Part shown: one piece after another, positions 38,424-48,164 of the stretch | How the letters are laid out: the number at the start of each line of letters is the position of its first letter | How positions within the stretch are numbered: position 1 is the stretch's first letter | Source of the DNA: Gemmatimonadaceae bacterium | Lineage (GTDB): Bacteria; Gemmatimonadota; Gemmatimonadetes; Gemmatimonadales; Gemmatimonadaceae | Length of the DNA: 64,000 nucleotides | Reading direction: 5' to 3' | Assembly (NCBI GenBank): GCA_052387735.1 | Contig: JBQTIW010000035.1 | Location: 24,626 to 88,625, forward strand | Program-made: the position numbers and the translations under genes | Notes under the pieces: model-generated | Told to the model about the DNA's origin: nothing | The model's input: only the letters and a program-made list of their open reading frames with translations | Databases searched by the model: none

Positions 38424-40961
38424 TTGCCCCTGAGTCGCCCATTGTCCCTCCCCATCCTTCCGGTCACGGAGGCGCTGCCCGAGCTCGAGCGCTCCTTGGC
38501 GAGCGGCATGAACGCCGTGCTCGAGGCACCTCCGGGCGCCGGGAAGACGACCCTGGTCCCTCTCGCGATCCGCGACGCGTCCTGGTTGGCCGGGAAGCGG
38601 ATCGTGATGCTCGAGCCTCGTCGCCTGGCCGCCCGCGCGGCGGCGCATCGGATGGCCGTGCTGCTCGGGGAGCGCGTCGGTGAGACGGTAGGATACCGCA
38701 TGAGGCGCGACACGCGCGTTGGACCGCGCACGCGCATCGAGGTCGTCACGGAGGGCGTGCTCGCGCGGATGCTCAACAGTGATCCCACGCTCGACGGCAC
38801 GGGGTTGGTGATCTTCGACGAGTACCACGAACGATCGCTCCACGCCGACCTGGGCCTGGCCCTGGCGTTGCATTCGCAGCGCCTGGTGCGCGAAGACCTG
38901 CGCCTGTTGGTGATGTCTGCGACGCTGTCCGCCCAGGCCATCGCGCGCTTGTTAGGCAGGGTCGCAACCGTCAAGAGCGAGGGGCGCACCTTTCCCGTGG
39001 ACGTGCGCTATCTGCCGCGACGCGCAGACCAGCGCATGGAGGGCGCGGCAGCGGCCGCGGTTCACCGCGCCTTGCGCGAGAGCGACGGCGACGTGCTCGT
39101 GTTTCTTCCCGGACAGCGGGAGATCGGACGCACGCTCGCGGCCCTCCAGGAGTCCGGTCTCGAGGCCGACGTGTATCCCCTATACGGCGATCTTCCGTTC
39201 GACCAGCAGGACCGGGCCATCGCCGCGTCGCCGCCAGGTCGGCGGAAGGTGGTACTCGCGACCTCCATCGCTGAATCGAGCCTGACCATAGAGGGACTGC
39301 AATGTGTGGTGGACCTTGGACTCGCCCGGGTGCCGCGGTTCTCTCCCCGCACCGGCATGACGCGGCTGGAAACCGTTCGCGTGTCCAACGCGTCCGCGGA
39401 CCAGCGCGCTGGCCGCGCCGGTCGCCAGGCGCCCGGCATCTGCTACCGCCTGTGGGCCGTCGAGGAACAGCGCAACCTTCTCGCCTTCTCGACACCCGAG
39501 ATCCTGGAGGCCGATCTGGCACCGCTGGCGCTCGAGCTCGCGGCGTCAGGCATTGCGGATCCTGCTGAGCTCAGCTGGCTCGATGCCCCACCGGCCGGAG
39601 CATTGGCCCAAGCGCGCTCGCTCCTCGACTGGCTCGACGCGCTCGAGCCTGACGGCCGCATTACGCGCCACGGGGCGGCGCTCGCCGGTCTGGGCACGCA
39701 TCCGCGCATTGCCCACATGCTCGTGCGGGGACGGGAACTGGGACATGGACCAATGGCGTGTGATCTCGCTGCGCTGCTCGAGGAACGCGACGTCGTCCGC
39801 ACAGACGGATCTCACCACGACGCCGACCTGCGACTCCGCGTCGACCTGGTGCGACACGCCCGCCGTCGTGAGCGCGTCCCCGGCATGCCGAACGGCATGC
39901 GCGTGTCGCGCGACGCGCTGAGCAGAATCACCGAGCGCGCGCGGACATGGCGGCGTGAGCTGCGGCTCGCGCCCGATGATGACTGGTCAGATGATGCCAC
40001 CGTGGGTCGTGTGCTGGCGCTCGCGTTCCCGGATCGAGTAGCGCAGCGTCGTGCTGGACAGACCGCTCGCTTTCTCCTTCGAAACGGCTCCGGCACCGCG
40101 TTCCGGGACTCACCGTCTCTCGCACGCGAAGACTGGATCGTGGTGGCCGAGACTGACGGTCGGACACCGGAGAGCGGTGTCTATCTCGCCGCGCCACTCA
40201 CGGTCGACGACATCCGCGCCGACTTCGCCGACCAGATCGTCATCGAGGAAGCCGTGCGCTGGGACGAGGCCGCTGACTCGGTGCGTGCCGTTCGACGAGA
40301 GTCGTTAGGCGCCCTCGTCCTCAGCGAATCCGTGCAGCGCACGCCCGCTGACGCACTCGCCCATCACGCGATGCTGAGCGCGATCCGCGCGTCGGGGCTC
40401 ACGTTGCTGCCGTGGAGTGAATCGGCGCAGCGGACTCGGGAACGACTGGCCTTCGTTCACCATCACGACGCGACCTGGCCCGACGTCACCGACGCGGCCC
40501 TCCTGGCGCAGTTGGACCACTGGCTCGCCCCGCACCTCGGTGGCGTGCACTCCCGGGCGGAGCTCAATCGCCTCGACCTGGGGACCCTGCTCCTCGAGTT
40601 GGTGGACTGGCCACGCCGCGCGCGCCTCGATGCGCTGGCGCCAACGCACTTCACCGCGCCCACGGGGTCCCGCCTCTCCATCGACTATGCAGACCCCGCG
40701 ACCCCCGTGGTGCGGGTGCGACTGCAGGAGATGTTCGGCCTACGTGATACGCCGCGTGTACTCGACGGTCGAGTCCCGGTGACGCTCCACCTGCTCTCCC
40801 CCGCCCAACGTCCCGTGCAGGTCACCAGGGATCTCGCCGGGTTCTGGCGCACGTCGTACTTCGATGTGAAAAAAGAACTGAAGGGACGCTACCCACGCCA
40901 CCAGTGGCCCGACGACCCATCGGTCGCCGAACCGACACGCCGGGCAAAACCCCGGCCCTAG
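38424..40961 (+). CDS. hrpB: ATP-dependent RNA helicase HrpB (DEAH-box)
   Basis: 845 aa. LEAPPGAGKTT (Walker A), FDEYHERS (DEAH-like), and a C-terminal HrpB-specific region ending ...KGRYPRHQWPDDP. TTG start is uncertain. Confidence 0.85.
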   Translation: MPLSRPLSLPILPVTEALPELERSLASGMNAVLEAPPGAGKTTLVPLAIRDASWLAGKRIVMLEPRRLAARAAAHRMAVLLGERVGETVGYRMRRDTRVGPRTRIEVVTEGVLARMLNSDPTLDGTGLVIFDEYHERSLHADLGLALALHSQRLVREDLRLLVMSATLSAQAIARLLGRVATVKSEGRTFPVDVRYLPRRADQRMEGAAAAAVHRALRESDGDVLVFLPGQREIGRTLAALQESGLEADVYPLYGDLPFDQQDRAIAASPPGRRKVVLATSIAESSLTIEGLQCVVDLGLARVPRFSPRTGMTRLETVRVSNASADQRAGRAGRQAPGICYRLWAVEEQRNLLAFSTPEILEADLAPLALELAASGIADPAELSWLDAPPAGALAQARSLLDWLDALEPDGRITRHGAALAGLGTHPRIAHMLVRGRELGHGPMACDLAALLEERDVVRTDGSHHDADLRLRVDLVRHARRRERVPGMPNGMRVSRDALSRITERARTWRRELRLAPDDDWSDDATVGRVLALAFPDRVAQRRAGQTARFLLRNGSGTAFRDSPSLAREDWIVVAETDGRTPESGVYLAAPLTVDDIRADFADQIVIEEAVRWDEAADSVRAVRRESLGALVLSESVQRTPADALAHHAMLSAIRASGLTLLPWSESAQRTRERLAFVHHHDATWPDVTDAALLAQLDHWLAPHLGGVHSRAELNRLDLGTLLLELVDWPRRARLDALAPTHFTAPTGSRLSIDYADPATPVVRVRLQEMFGLRDTPRVLDGRVPVTLHLLSPAQRPVQVTRDLAGFWRTSYFDVKKELKGRYPRHQWPDDPSVAEPTRRAKPRP

Positions 40962-40994
40962 CGGGCTGTCGTCCCCTCCGGCCGCACGTGATTA

Positions 40995-41012
40995 TTCAAC
41001 CGCATGGTTGAA
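40995..41012. promoter_or_regulatory. perfect 7-4-7 inverted repeat TTCAACC-GCAT-GGTTGAA spanning the start codon of the second arsR-like gene (candidate operator)
   Basis: Read directly. The ATG at 41004 lies in the centre. Confidence 0.4.
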
Positions 41013-41333
41013 CGTGTGGTGCCACTCGATGTCGTCTTCACCGCCCTCGGCGATCCGACGCGCCGTGCGATCCTCGGCAGGTTGCGCAAGACGCCCGCAA
41101 CGGTCACCGAAATCGCCGCGCCGTTCGCGGTCTCCCTCAATGCCATCTCCAAACACGTGAAGGTGCTGGAGCGCGCTGGCCTCGTGACGCGTCGGCGAGT
41201 CGGCCGCGCGCACCATCTCTCGCTCAACGCCGCTCCGCTGGGGCGCGCTGCCCGGTGGCTCACCGACTATCAGGCGTTCTGGGAGACCAGTCTCGATCGC
41301 ATGGAACGCCTGCTCTCGCGCAAACATTCCTGA
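41004..41333 (+). CDS. ArsR/SmtB-family transcriptional regulator (paralogue of 36863-37300)
   Basis: MVERVVPLDVVFTALGDPTRRAILGRLRKTPATVTEIAAPFAVSLNAISKHVKVLERAGLV... Confidence 0.8.
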   Translation: MVERVVPLDVVFTALGDPTRRAILGRLRKTPATVTEIAAPFAVSLNAISKHVKVLERAGLVTRRRVGRAHHLSLNAAPLGRAARWLTDYQAFWETSLDRMERLLSRKHS

Positions 41334-41584
41334 CAAGGACATTCATGACGATCAACAGACCCGACAGGCTCGCCGGCGAGAGCACCGCGGAGATCATTGG
41401 GCTGCTGGCGAAGGTCGTGGCCCTGGCCATCGTCCCGGGGAAATGCGAGACGCCGCGAAAAAAACGGGCCTGACGCGACCGACGTCCTGTCTCCATCATT
41501 CATCTGACACCAGGCCCGGGGAGCTGGCGAGAGCCTCCCCGACATCAGCCATCCTCGCCAGGTCTTCCATCTGCACCGCGCATC

Positions 41585-42028
41585 GTGGCGCTGCATCAAC
41601 GCGACTACATCCTTCGCCTGATCGAGCGCGTCGCGGCCGCGCTTGCGCGCGTGCGCAAACGGAGAGAGGACGGTGACCACGCCGGTGCGCGCCGCGAGGT
41701 GGCGGAGACCACGGTCGAGCTGCTCGGACCGAGCGCTCCCATGATTCCTCTGGTCGACTCGACCACTGCTGCAAATCTGTTGTCTGATCCGCAGCGCATC
41801 GCCCTCTACAGCCGCTTGCTGGAAACGGACGCGGATCTGCTCGCGGCCATGGGCCAGGGCACGGCCGCCACTGCCGCACGCCGCCGCGCTCTGGAACTGC
41901 TGCTCGAGCTGGTACTGCGCAGGACCGAGCTCCCCGAGGAGACGGCCGACCAGCTGCGCGCGCTCCTCGCCATCGTGGATGTCACGCAGCTCGGTCCGCG
42001 CTACCAGCAGGCGAAGGCCACGCTCTGA
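41585..42028 (+). CDS. hypothetical helical protein (147 aa)
   Basis: GTG start. Coding-like GC3. Ala/Leu/Arg-rich helices. No family recognised. Confidence 0.4.
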   Translation: MALHQRDYILRLIERVAAALARVRKRREDGDHAGARREVAETTVELLGPSAPMIPLVDSTTAANLLSDPQRIALYSRLLETDADLLAAMGQGTAATAARRRALELLLELVLRRTELPEETADQLRALLAIVDVTQLGPRYQQAKATL

Positions 42029-42040
42029 GCGAGCACCCCG

Positions 42041-42853
42041 TCAGCGCGGGACCAGGGCAATCGCCCGCAACGGCCCGCCGGATCCCCCTTCGATCTTCAT
42101 AGGAAGGGCGATGATCGTCGCGCCACGGGCGGGTAGCGATCCCACGTTGGCCAGGTTCTCCAGACCGAGGACCCCGGCACCGGCTGCGATCTGGTGCACG
42201 ATGAAGTCCTTGGACGCACCGTAGTCGATCGACGCCACGTCCGCACCTAACGCTGAAGCGCCTCGCTCGTTGACAAGGAGGCGCGCCGCTTCGGCGCCGT
42301 AGCTGGGAAAGTGCAGTCGCGAGGCGTCCCCGGGCGTGTCGTCGCCGAAGTACGCCTTCGCATCGGGCCATTTCGTTCCCCAGCCAGTACGCAACACCAC
42401 GATCGCACCGCGCGGGATCGGTCCGTTACGGGCTTCCCAGGCCAGGACGTCGTTTCGCGCAAGTCGATAGTCCGCGTCTCGGCCGGTCTGCGCGGAGACG
42501 TCGATGACGACGGCAGGCCCGATGAACTGTTCGACCGGAATCCTGTCGGCGGCCACTCCGTTCTTCGCGAAGTGAATCGGCGCGTCCAGGTGCGTGCCAC
42601 CGTGCTCGGGCGCCGCGTACGCGTACGACGAATAGAACCAGCCCCCCGGCGTCGCGCCGAACGCGAGCTGCTCGAGCTTGAAGCCCGTGGTGGCTGTTGG
42701 CCAATAGAGCGTTTTCGCGTTGAACGGATGCGTGAGGTCGACCACCCGATACCGGGAGAGGTCGATAGTCTGGGCGCGCACGTCCTCGGCGGCGAGCCCA
42801 ACGAGCGCAGCGACCACAATGTGTCGCCTGACCATGTACTTAGGATTCGACAT
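42041..42853 (-). CDS. cyclase-family protein (kynurenine-formamidase-like)
   Basis: Signal-like N-terminus. EHGGTHLDAPIHF metal-binding motif of the putative cyclase family. Overlaps the upstream NhaC gene by 14 nt. Confidence 0.75.
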   Translation of the reverse strand: MSNPKYMVRRHIVVAALVGLAAEDVRAQTIDLSRYRVVDLTHPFNAKTLYWPTATTGFKLEQLAFGATPGGWFYSSYAYAAPEHGGTHLDAPIHFAKNGVAADRIPVEQFIGPAVVIDVSAQTGRDADYRLARNDVLAWEARNGPIPRGAIVVLRTGWGTKWPDAKAYFGDDTPGDASRLHFPSYGAEAARLLVNERGASALGADVASIDYGASKDFIVHQIAAGAGVLGLENLANVGSLPARGATIIALPMKIEGGSGGPLRAIALVPR

Positions 42854-44243
42854 CTGACCCTCCTGGAGAGACTTCCGCCGCGTCGTTCCGGCCGAATCCC
42901 GTGATGATGGCGAGGGGCACAGCGAGCACCAGTGCCCACGAGTAGGTATTCGCCAGCCCGACCGCGAGCGGTGAGACGCGTGGCATGCCGAAGTCGGCCC
43001 CGGCGGCGCTCGCGCTCGACGCGAGGATAGTGGGCAGGAAGTACGGGAGCAGAAAGGGCCAGGTGCAGACCGTCATGTCCAGCAGGTTGGCGCGCCGGTA
43101 CGCGGAAATCCCGGCTCGCCCACCGATCTCGCGCACAATCGCGCCCACAGTGAGCATTGCCACGACGCTATGAGTAGTGAGGAGGACCGCCGCGGAGACG
43201 ACGCCGACGATCCACCACTCTGCCTGGCGCGGCAGGACGATGTCGCGCTGCGTCCGTGTCATGAAACGATCCACCACGTTCGAAGCCTGTACGGTACCCA
43301 CCAGGCCCATCAGAAGCAGTGTAAAGACCGAAACGCCCACGCCCCGTCCCAACCCGTCGATGATGAGCCCCCTTGCCCCGAAGGCTGTGCGATCGACAAA
43401 GAACACCTGATCCATGGGAAGGGTGCGCAAGGCCGTGCCTAACGCGAGCGCGGCGACGATTCCGGCAAACAGTCCCTCGAGCAGATGTCGCTTGCGCACC
43501 AGGAGGGCGATGACGACGATGGGAACGGCGAGCATCGGAAGCGCGTCAGCCGATCCGGCAACCGTCGCCGACGAGCCGCCGGGCCCTCCCGATCTGCCCG
43601 CGGCCAGCGCCACGCTGGCGCACAGCGCCGCGAGCCCGGCCGGCATGACGTACTTGAGCCGGCTGCGCACCGTGCCCGGCACGTCTGTGAGCTGCGATCC
43701 GGCACTCGCAATCGATGTATCGGACACTGGTGAGATCGAATCGCCCCAGGTGGCTCCGGCGAGAATCGCACCCATCAGCACGACAGGGTCGGCGCCGAGT
43801 GCGCCGCCCGCCGGATAGAGCAACGGTCCGGCGATCATGAGCGTGCCAAACGAGGTCCCGGTCGACGTGGAGACTACCGCGCAGATGAGAAACGAGACCC
43901 CGACGTACAGCGCGGGGCCAAGGTGCAACCGACGCGCGACCCAAACGAGTGATTGCACCATGCCGGACTCGTTGAGCAGAATGCCCAGCACGCCCGAGAG
44001 CATCCAGGCAAGGACCATCAACGCCACGATGGGTTGACTCATCGACTCGATCACCGTGTTGGCGTATCGCGACCGGTCGCGGGCCAGGGCCAGTCCAAGC
44101 GCCAGCGCGGCGAGCAGGATTGGCCAGAACCCTCGCTCATCGGGTGCGCCCGCGAGGGCAAGCGAGATGACTCCGCCCAGAAACACCACGAACGGCGCGA
44201 GCGCGCCGATCACACCACCGTGAAACTCGAGTCGGGATGACAC
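42840..44243 (-). CDS. NhaC-family Na+/H+ antiporter-like membrane transporter
   Basis: 467 aa. 11-12 hydrophobic segments. Typical NhaC-like layout. Confidence 0.7.
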   Translation of the reverse strand: MSSRLEFHGGVIGALAPFVVFLGGVISLALAGAPDERGFWPILLAALALGLALARDRSRYANTVIESMSQPIVALMVLAWMLSGVLGILLNESGMVQSLVWVARRLHLGPALYVGVSFLICAVVSTSTGTSFGTLMIAGPLLYPAGGALGADPVVLMGAILAGATWGDSISPVSDTSIASAGSQLTDVPGTVRSRLKYVMPAGLAALCASVALAAGRSGGPGGSSATVAGSADALPMLAVPIVVIALLVRKRHLLEGLFAGIVAALALGTALRTLPMDQVFFVDRTAFGARGLIIDGLGRGVGVSVFTLLLMGLVGTVQASNVVDRFMTRTQRDIVLPRQAEWWIVGVVSAAVLLTTHSVVAMLTVGAIVREIGGRAGISAYRRANLLDMTVCTWPFLLPYFLPTILASSASAAGADFGMPRVSPLAVGLANTYSWALVLAVPLAIITGFGRNDAAEVSPGGSDVES

Positions 44244-44287
44244 GGCGGTATCATATTCCGCCTCATCCCGAGAGGAAGGAGCACCGC

Positions 44288-44629
44288 ATGCCCGTGCCTG
44301 ACGATGCGTTCACGCTGTATGACTTGCGGGTCGAAGTGGTGGCGACCGAACGACCAATGGTCTGCAACCACCAGCCGGGAGACTGGTTCGAGCTCTCAGG
44401 AGAAGACCTGCGATTCCCCGACGGTCAGACGTTCCCGCTGTACCCGCTCGCCGCGCTGCTCCCGATCCTCCCCGCCAAGCAGCGCATGACGCATCCCGCG
44501 GATTGGATGACGACCGACACTGACATCGCGTGTCCCGATCCGAACTGCGGCGGACGATTTCGCATCACCCGCGGGCGGGCGCGCACGTTCCGGCATGACG
44601 ACGTGACGGCGGTGCCGATGAGTGGGTAG
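44288..44629 (+). CDS. TIGR04076-family small Cys-containing protein
   Basis: MPVPDDAFTLYDLRVEVVATERPMVCNHQPGDWFELSGEDLRFPDGQTFPLYPLAALLPILPAKQR...CPDPNCGG. Confidence 0.55.
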   Translation: MPVPDDAFTLYDLRVEVVATERPMVCNHQPGDWFELSGEDLRFPDGQTFPLYPLAALLPILPAKQRMTHPADWMTTDTDIACPDPNCGGRFRITRGRARTFRHDDVTAVPMSG

Positions 44630-44723
44630 TGGGTCGTCGGTAGCGGGTGGAATGGCGGTGGTGTGGGTTGCTGTCAACGCCGGCAGACACGTTGGTTCCG
44701 GCTGCGTACCACTCCGCTACGCC
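44620..44723. repeat. G-rich heptad repeat (GAGTGGG TAGTGGG TCGTCGG TAGCGGG) with an imperfect C-rich partner
   Basis: GTAGCGG (about 44640-44646) pairs with CCGCTAC within 44709-44723. Related to the 20596-20671 element (GAGTGGGTAGCGGGT core). Confidence 0.4.
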
Positions 44724-44798
44724 TCCGCGTGCTCCCATCGTCATCTCCAGGTAGGTAGATTCGATGGCTCGTCTCATTCCTCACCGGAGTGGATTTCC

Positions 44799-45359
44799 AT
44801 GCGCGCTTTCTCGTGTTCACTCGTCGCGATTTCCGTTGGGCTCGCGATGTCCGCGGCACCTGCCGCGGCGCAAAAGACCGGATCGGTGGTTGCCGACCTC
44901 GTGAAGGACGTGTCTGAAGTCGAGGAGAAGCTCGTCGGGCTCGCCAAGGCGATACCTGCCGACAAGTACGGCTGGCGTCCCGGGCAGGGTGTGCGTTCCA
45001 TCGGCGAGGTCGTCATGCACGTTGCCAGCGACAACTGGTTCATCCCCGGTGCTACGGGCACGGCGATTCCGGCCGCGACCGGCATCAAGCCGGATGACTA
45101 CAAGACCGTTGTTGCCTACGAGGGCCGAAGTGTCACGCCTGATGCCGCCGTACAGGAGCTGCAGTCGTCCTTTGCCTACCTCAAGAAGGCCATGCGGGAC
45201 ACCCCCGAGGCGAGCATGAGCGTAACGAAAAAGGTGTTCGGACAGGACTTCACGATGCAGCAGGTGTGGATCATGGCGACCACACACCTGCACGAGCACC
45301 TCGGCCAGCTGATCGCGTACGCGCGCAGCAATGGCGTGGTGCCGCCCTGGAGCAAGTGA
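44799..45359 (+). CDS. secreted DinB-family protein
   Basis: Signal peptide MRAFSCSLVAISVGLAMSAAPAAAQ. HVASDNW...HLHEHLGQLIAYAR His-triad pattern. Confidence 0.7.
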   Translation: MRAFSCSLVAISVGLAMSAAPAAAQKTGSVVADLVKDVSEVEEKLVGLAKAIPADKYGWRPGQGVRSIGEVVMHVASDNWFIPGATGTAIPAATGIKPDDYKTVVAYEGRSVTPDAAVQELQSSFAYLKKAMRDTPEASMSVTKKVFGQDFTMQQVWIMATTHLHEHLGQLIAYARSNGVVPPWSK

Positions 45360-45404
45360 GCGCACGCGCGGCACGACGGTGGCGCGCGACGCGTCGCCGG
45401 CGGC

Positions 45405-46457
45405 GTGCCTGAGGTTCCCCGAATCGACCTGGCCCCCGGGTACCGTATCGCTCGGCTGATCAAAGGTGGTTGGCAGCTGGCCGGGGGCCACGGCGTTGTA
45501 GATCGCGCATCGGCGTTGCGGGACATGGCGGCGTTCGTGGCGGCGGGGATCACGACCTTCGACTGCGCCGACATCTATACGGGCGTCGAAGCACTCATCG
45601 GGGAGTTTCTCTCGGGGAACCCCGGAGCAGGTCTGCAGGTGCACACCAAGTACGTGCCCGATCTCGCCGAACTCTCCGCGCTCACGCCCGCCGCGATCGA
45701 GCGCTCCGTGGACCGGTCACGCGCGCGGCTGCGCCGGGACCGACTGGACGTCGTGCAGCTGCACTGGTGGGACTACGGCGCAGGCGACTTTCAGAGGGCG
45801 GGACGCGAGCTCGCCCGCCTCGTAGGGATCGGAAAGCTGCGCCACGTGGGCGTGACAAACTTTGGAACGCGGCAACTGCGCTCGCTCGTGCAGGGCGGCG
45901 TTCCGGTCGTGTCGCACCAGGTGCAGTACTCGTTGCTCGACCGTCGCCCGGCCGGCCCGATGAGTCGTCTGTGCCAGGATCATGGCATTGGGCTCCTCTG
46001 CTATGGCAGCCTAGCCGGCGGCTTTCTGGGCGAGCGCTGGTTAGGCGCACCGGAACCCCAGAGTCCGCTGGAGAATCGTTCGCTCGTCAAGTACAAGTTG
46101 ATCATCGACGAGTTTGGCGGCTGGGCGCGATTCCAGGAGCTGCTGCGTGTCTTGCACGCCATCGCCGAAGCGCACACCGTGGCCATCGGGTCCGTGGCGA
46201 TCCGATGGGTGCTCGAACAGCCCGCTGTGGCCGCGGCAATCATCGGAGCGCGAAACACGTCGCATCTCGACGATACGGTCGCTGCCTTCGGGTTCGAGCT
46301 GACCGCCGCCGACCGCGCGCGTATCGAGGCCCTGCTGGCGCAGGCGAAGGGGCCGGTGGGTGACGTATACGAACTGGAGCGCGATCGGGAAGGTCCGCAT
46401 GGGCGCATCATGCGGTACTCCCTGAACGCGGGGGCGCTAGGCCCGCGATCCTCTTGA
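45405..46457 (+). CDS. aldo/keto reductase
   Basis: 350 aa. FDCADIYTG, VQLHWWD, VGVTNF, QVQYSLLDRR motifs. Confidence 0.85.
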   Translation: MPEVPRIDLAPGYRIARLIKGGWQLAGGHGVVDRASALRDMAAFVAAGITTFDCADIYTGVEALIGEFLSGNPGAGLQVHTKYVPDLAELSALTPAAIERSVDRSRARLRRDRLDVVQLHWWDYGAGDFQRAGRELARLVGIGKLRHVGVTNFGTRQLRSLVQGGVPVVSHQVQYSLLDRRPAGPMSRLCQDHGIGLLCYGSLAGGFLGERWLGAPEPQSPLENRSLVKYKLIIDEFGGWARFQELLRVLHAIAEAHTVAIGSVAIRWVLEQPAVAAAIIGARNTSHLDDTVAAFGFELTAADRARIEALLAQAKGPVGDVYELERDREGPHGRIMRYSLNAGALGPRSS

Positions 46458-46530
46458 ATCAGTGTGCTGTGGGGGGTATTGTGCGTTCCCCGACCATTGG
46501 GACTTCCCTCCTGAGTGACGCTCCCCGGTG

Positions 46531-46590
46531 ATGTTCCTTCACGTTGAACTCTGGCTCGCAGGCAACAGCTGGCGCTGGTGGCGCCACTAA
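46531..46590 (+). promoter_or_regulatory. Trp-rich leader peptide ORF (trpL-like) of a putative trpEG attenuator
   Basis: ATG TTC CTT CAC GTT GAA CTC TGG CTC GCA GGC AAC AGC TGG CGC TGG TGG CGC CAC TAA = MFLHVELWLAGNSWRWWRH*. Ends 90 nt upstream of trpE. GC-rich alternative hairpins overlap and follow the Trp codons. Confidence 0.55.
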
Positions 46591-46679
46591 ATCGTCCTGC
46601 GCCCGCGCGCGGCCCGTAGCGCGCCCACGCCACTTCAACGCTCAGGGGTTCCGGCCCCACACATCAGGAGCAGACTGCC

Positions 46680-48164
46680 ATGCACGACGCGGACTTCGCG
46701 CGCCTTGCCGCTCAGGGATACAACCGAATCCCGCTCGTGCTCGAGACCTTCGCCGATCTCGAGACACCGCTCACGATCTACCTCAAGCTGGCGGCAGGCG
46801 CGTATTCGTACCTGCTCGAATCGGTGCAGGGGGGCGAGCGCTTTGCGCGCTACTCGTTCATCGGGCTTCCGGCGGCGAGCCGCGTGGTCATTCGCGATCG
46901 CGCGGTGCAGATCCTACATGGGGAGAGCGTTACAGAAGCCCTGACAGTCGACGACCCCCTCCAGTTCGTGCGCGAATACCTCGCGCGCTTTCGCGTCGCG
47001 CCGGTGCCGGGCCTGCCGCGCTTCTGCGGCGGATTGGTCGGCTACTTCGGGTACGAGGCCGTCCGTTGGATCGAGCGAAAGCTCGACGCCTACGCACCCA
47101 AACCGGATCCCATCGGCGCTCCCGACGCCGTGCTGCTCTTGTCCGAGGAAGTCGCCATCGTCGACAATCTCTCGGGGAAGCTCTACCTCGTGGTCTTCGT
47201 GGATCCGCGCAATCCCATGGCCCTGCGCCACGGGCGCGATCGGCTGGCGCAGCTTCACCAGCGATTGCGGCAGCCACTGGTGGCGCCTGCGCATCGCCCC
47301 GTCCCTCACGCGGCCGCATCATCGGACATCGGTGAGGCAGCATATCTCGCCGCTGTCGCCACCGCCAAACAGTACATCGTGGACGGTGACGTGATGCAGG
47401 TGCAGATCTCGCAGCGGCTGTCCCGGCCCTTCGCTGGCGATCCGCTCGCGCTCTACCGCTGCCTGCGCACGCTCAATCCATCGCCGTACATGATGTACTT
47501 CGATCTCCGCGACCTGCACATCGTGAGCGCGTCGCCCGAGATCCTGGTACGGAAAGAGGGACACAAAGTCACCGTACGGCCGATCGCCGGGACGCGCCGC
47601 CGTGGCGTCACAGCTGAACAGGACGCGCAGCTCGCCCAGGACCTGCTCGCCGATCCCAAGGAGCGTGCCGAACATGTGATGCTCATCGATCTGGGACGCA
47701 ACGACGTGGGGCGCATTGCCAAGGTGGGATCGGTCAAGGTCACCGAACAGATGGTGATTGAACGGTACTCGCACGTGATGCACATCGTGTCCAATGTCGA
47801 AGGCGCCATTCCTCCCACCTGTGACGCAGTGGACGTGCTGCGAGCCACGTTCCCGGCGGGCACGGTCACTGGCGCTCCCAAGGTGCGCGCGATGGAGATC
47901 ATCGACGAGCTGGAATCGGTGAAGCGCGGGATCTACTCAGGTGCGGCGGGCTATCTGGGATTCCAGGGTGACATGGACGTCGCCATTGCGATCCGGACGG
48001 CCGTCGTGAAGGACGGACTCCTCCATGTACAGGCAGCGGCCGGCATCGTGGCCGACAGCGTACCTGCCAGCGAGTGGGAGGAGACGAACATCAAGGCGCG
48101 CGCGCTGCTGCGTGCGGCGGAGATGGCTAGCGCCGGGCTCGACGAGGATCGGAGGGAGCCATGA
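46680..48164 (+). CDS. trpE: anthranilate synthase component I
   Basis: 494 aa. [23 protein letters not shown], and the C-terminal chorismate-binding block [15 protein letters not shown]...[10 protein letters not shown]. Confidence 0.9.
   Translation: MHDADFARLAAQGYNRIPLVLETFADLETPLTIYLKLAAGAYSYLLESVQGGERFARYSFIGLPAASRVVIRDRAVQILHGESVTEALTVDDPLQFVREYLARFRVAPVPGLPRFCGGLVGYFGYEAVRWIERKLDAYAPKPDPIGAPDAVLLLSEEVAIVDNLSGKLYLVVFVDPRNPMALRHGRDRLAQLHQRLRQPLVAPAHRPVPHAAASSDIGEAAYLAAVATAKQYIVDGDVMQVQISQRLSRPFAGDPLALYRCLRTLNPSPYMMYFDLRDLHIVSASPEILVRKEGHKVTVRPIAGTRRRGVTAEQDAQLAQDLLADPKERAEHVMLIDLGRNDVGRIAKVGSVKVTEQMVIERYSHVMHIVSNVEGAIPPTCDAVDVLRATFPAGTVTGAPKVRAMEIIDELESVKRGIYSGAAGYLGFQGDMDVAIAIRTAVVKDGLLHVQAAAGIVADSVPASEWEETNIKARALLRAAEMASAGLDEDRREP

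Noticed and set aside
41345-41473. The 42-codon ORF MTINRPDRLAGESTAEIIGLLAKVVALAIVPGKCETPRKKRA after the second arsR-like gene.
   Set aside because: It is too short and has no recognisable family or SD sequence. It is kept only as a remark, possibly a remnant of a lost partner gene.
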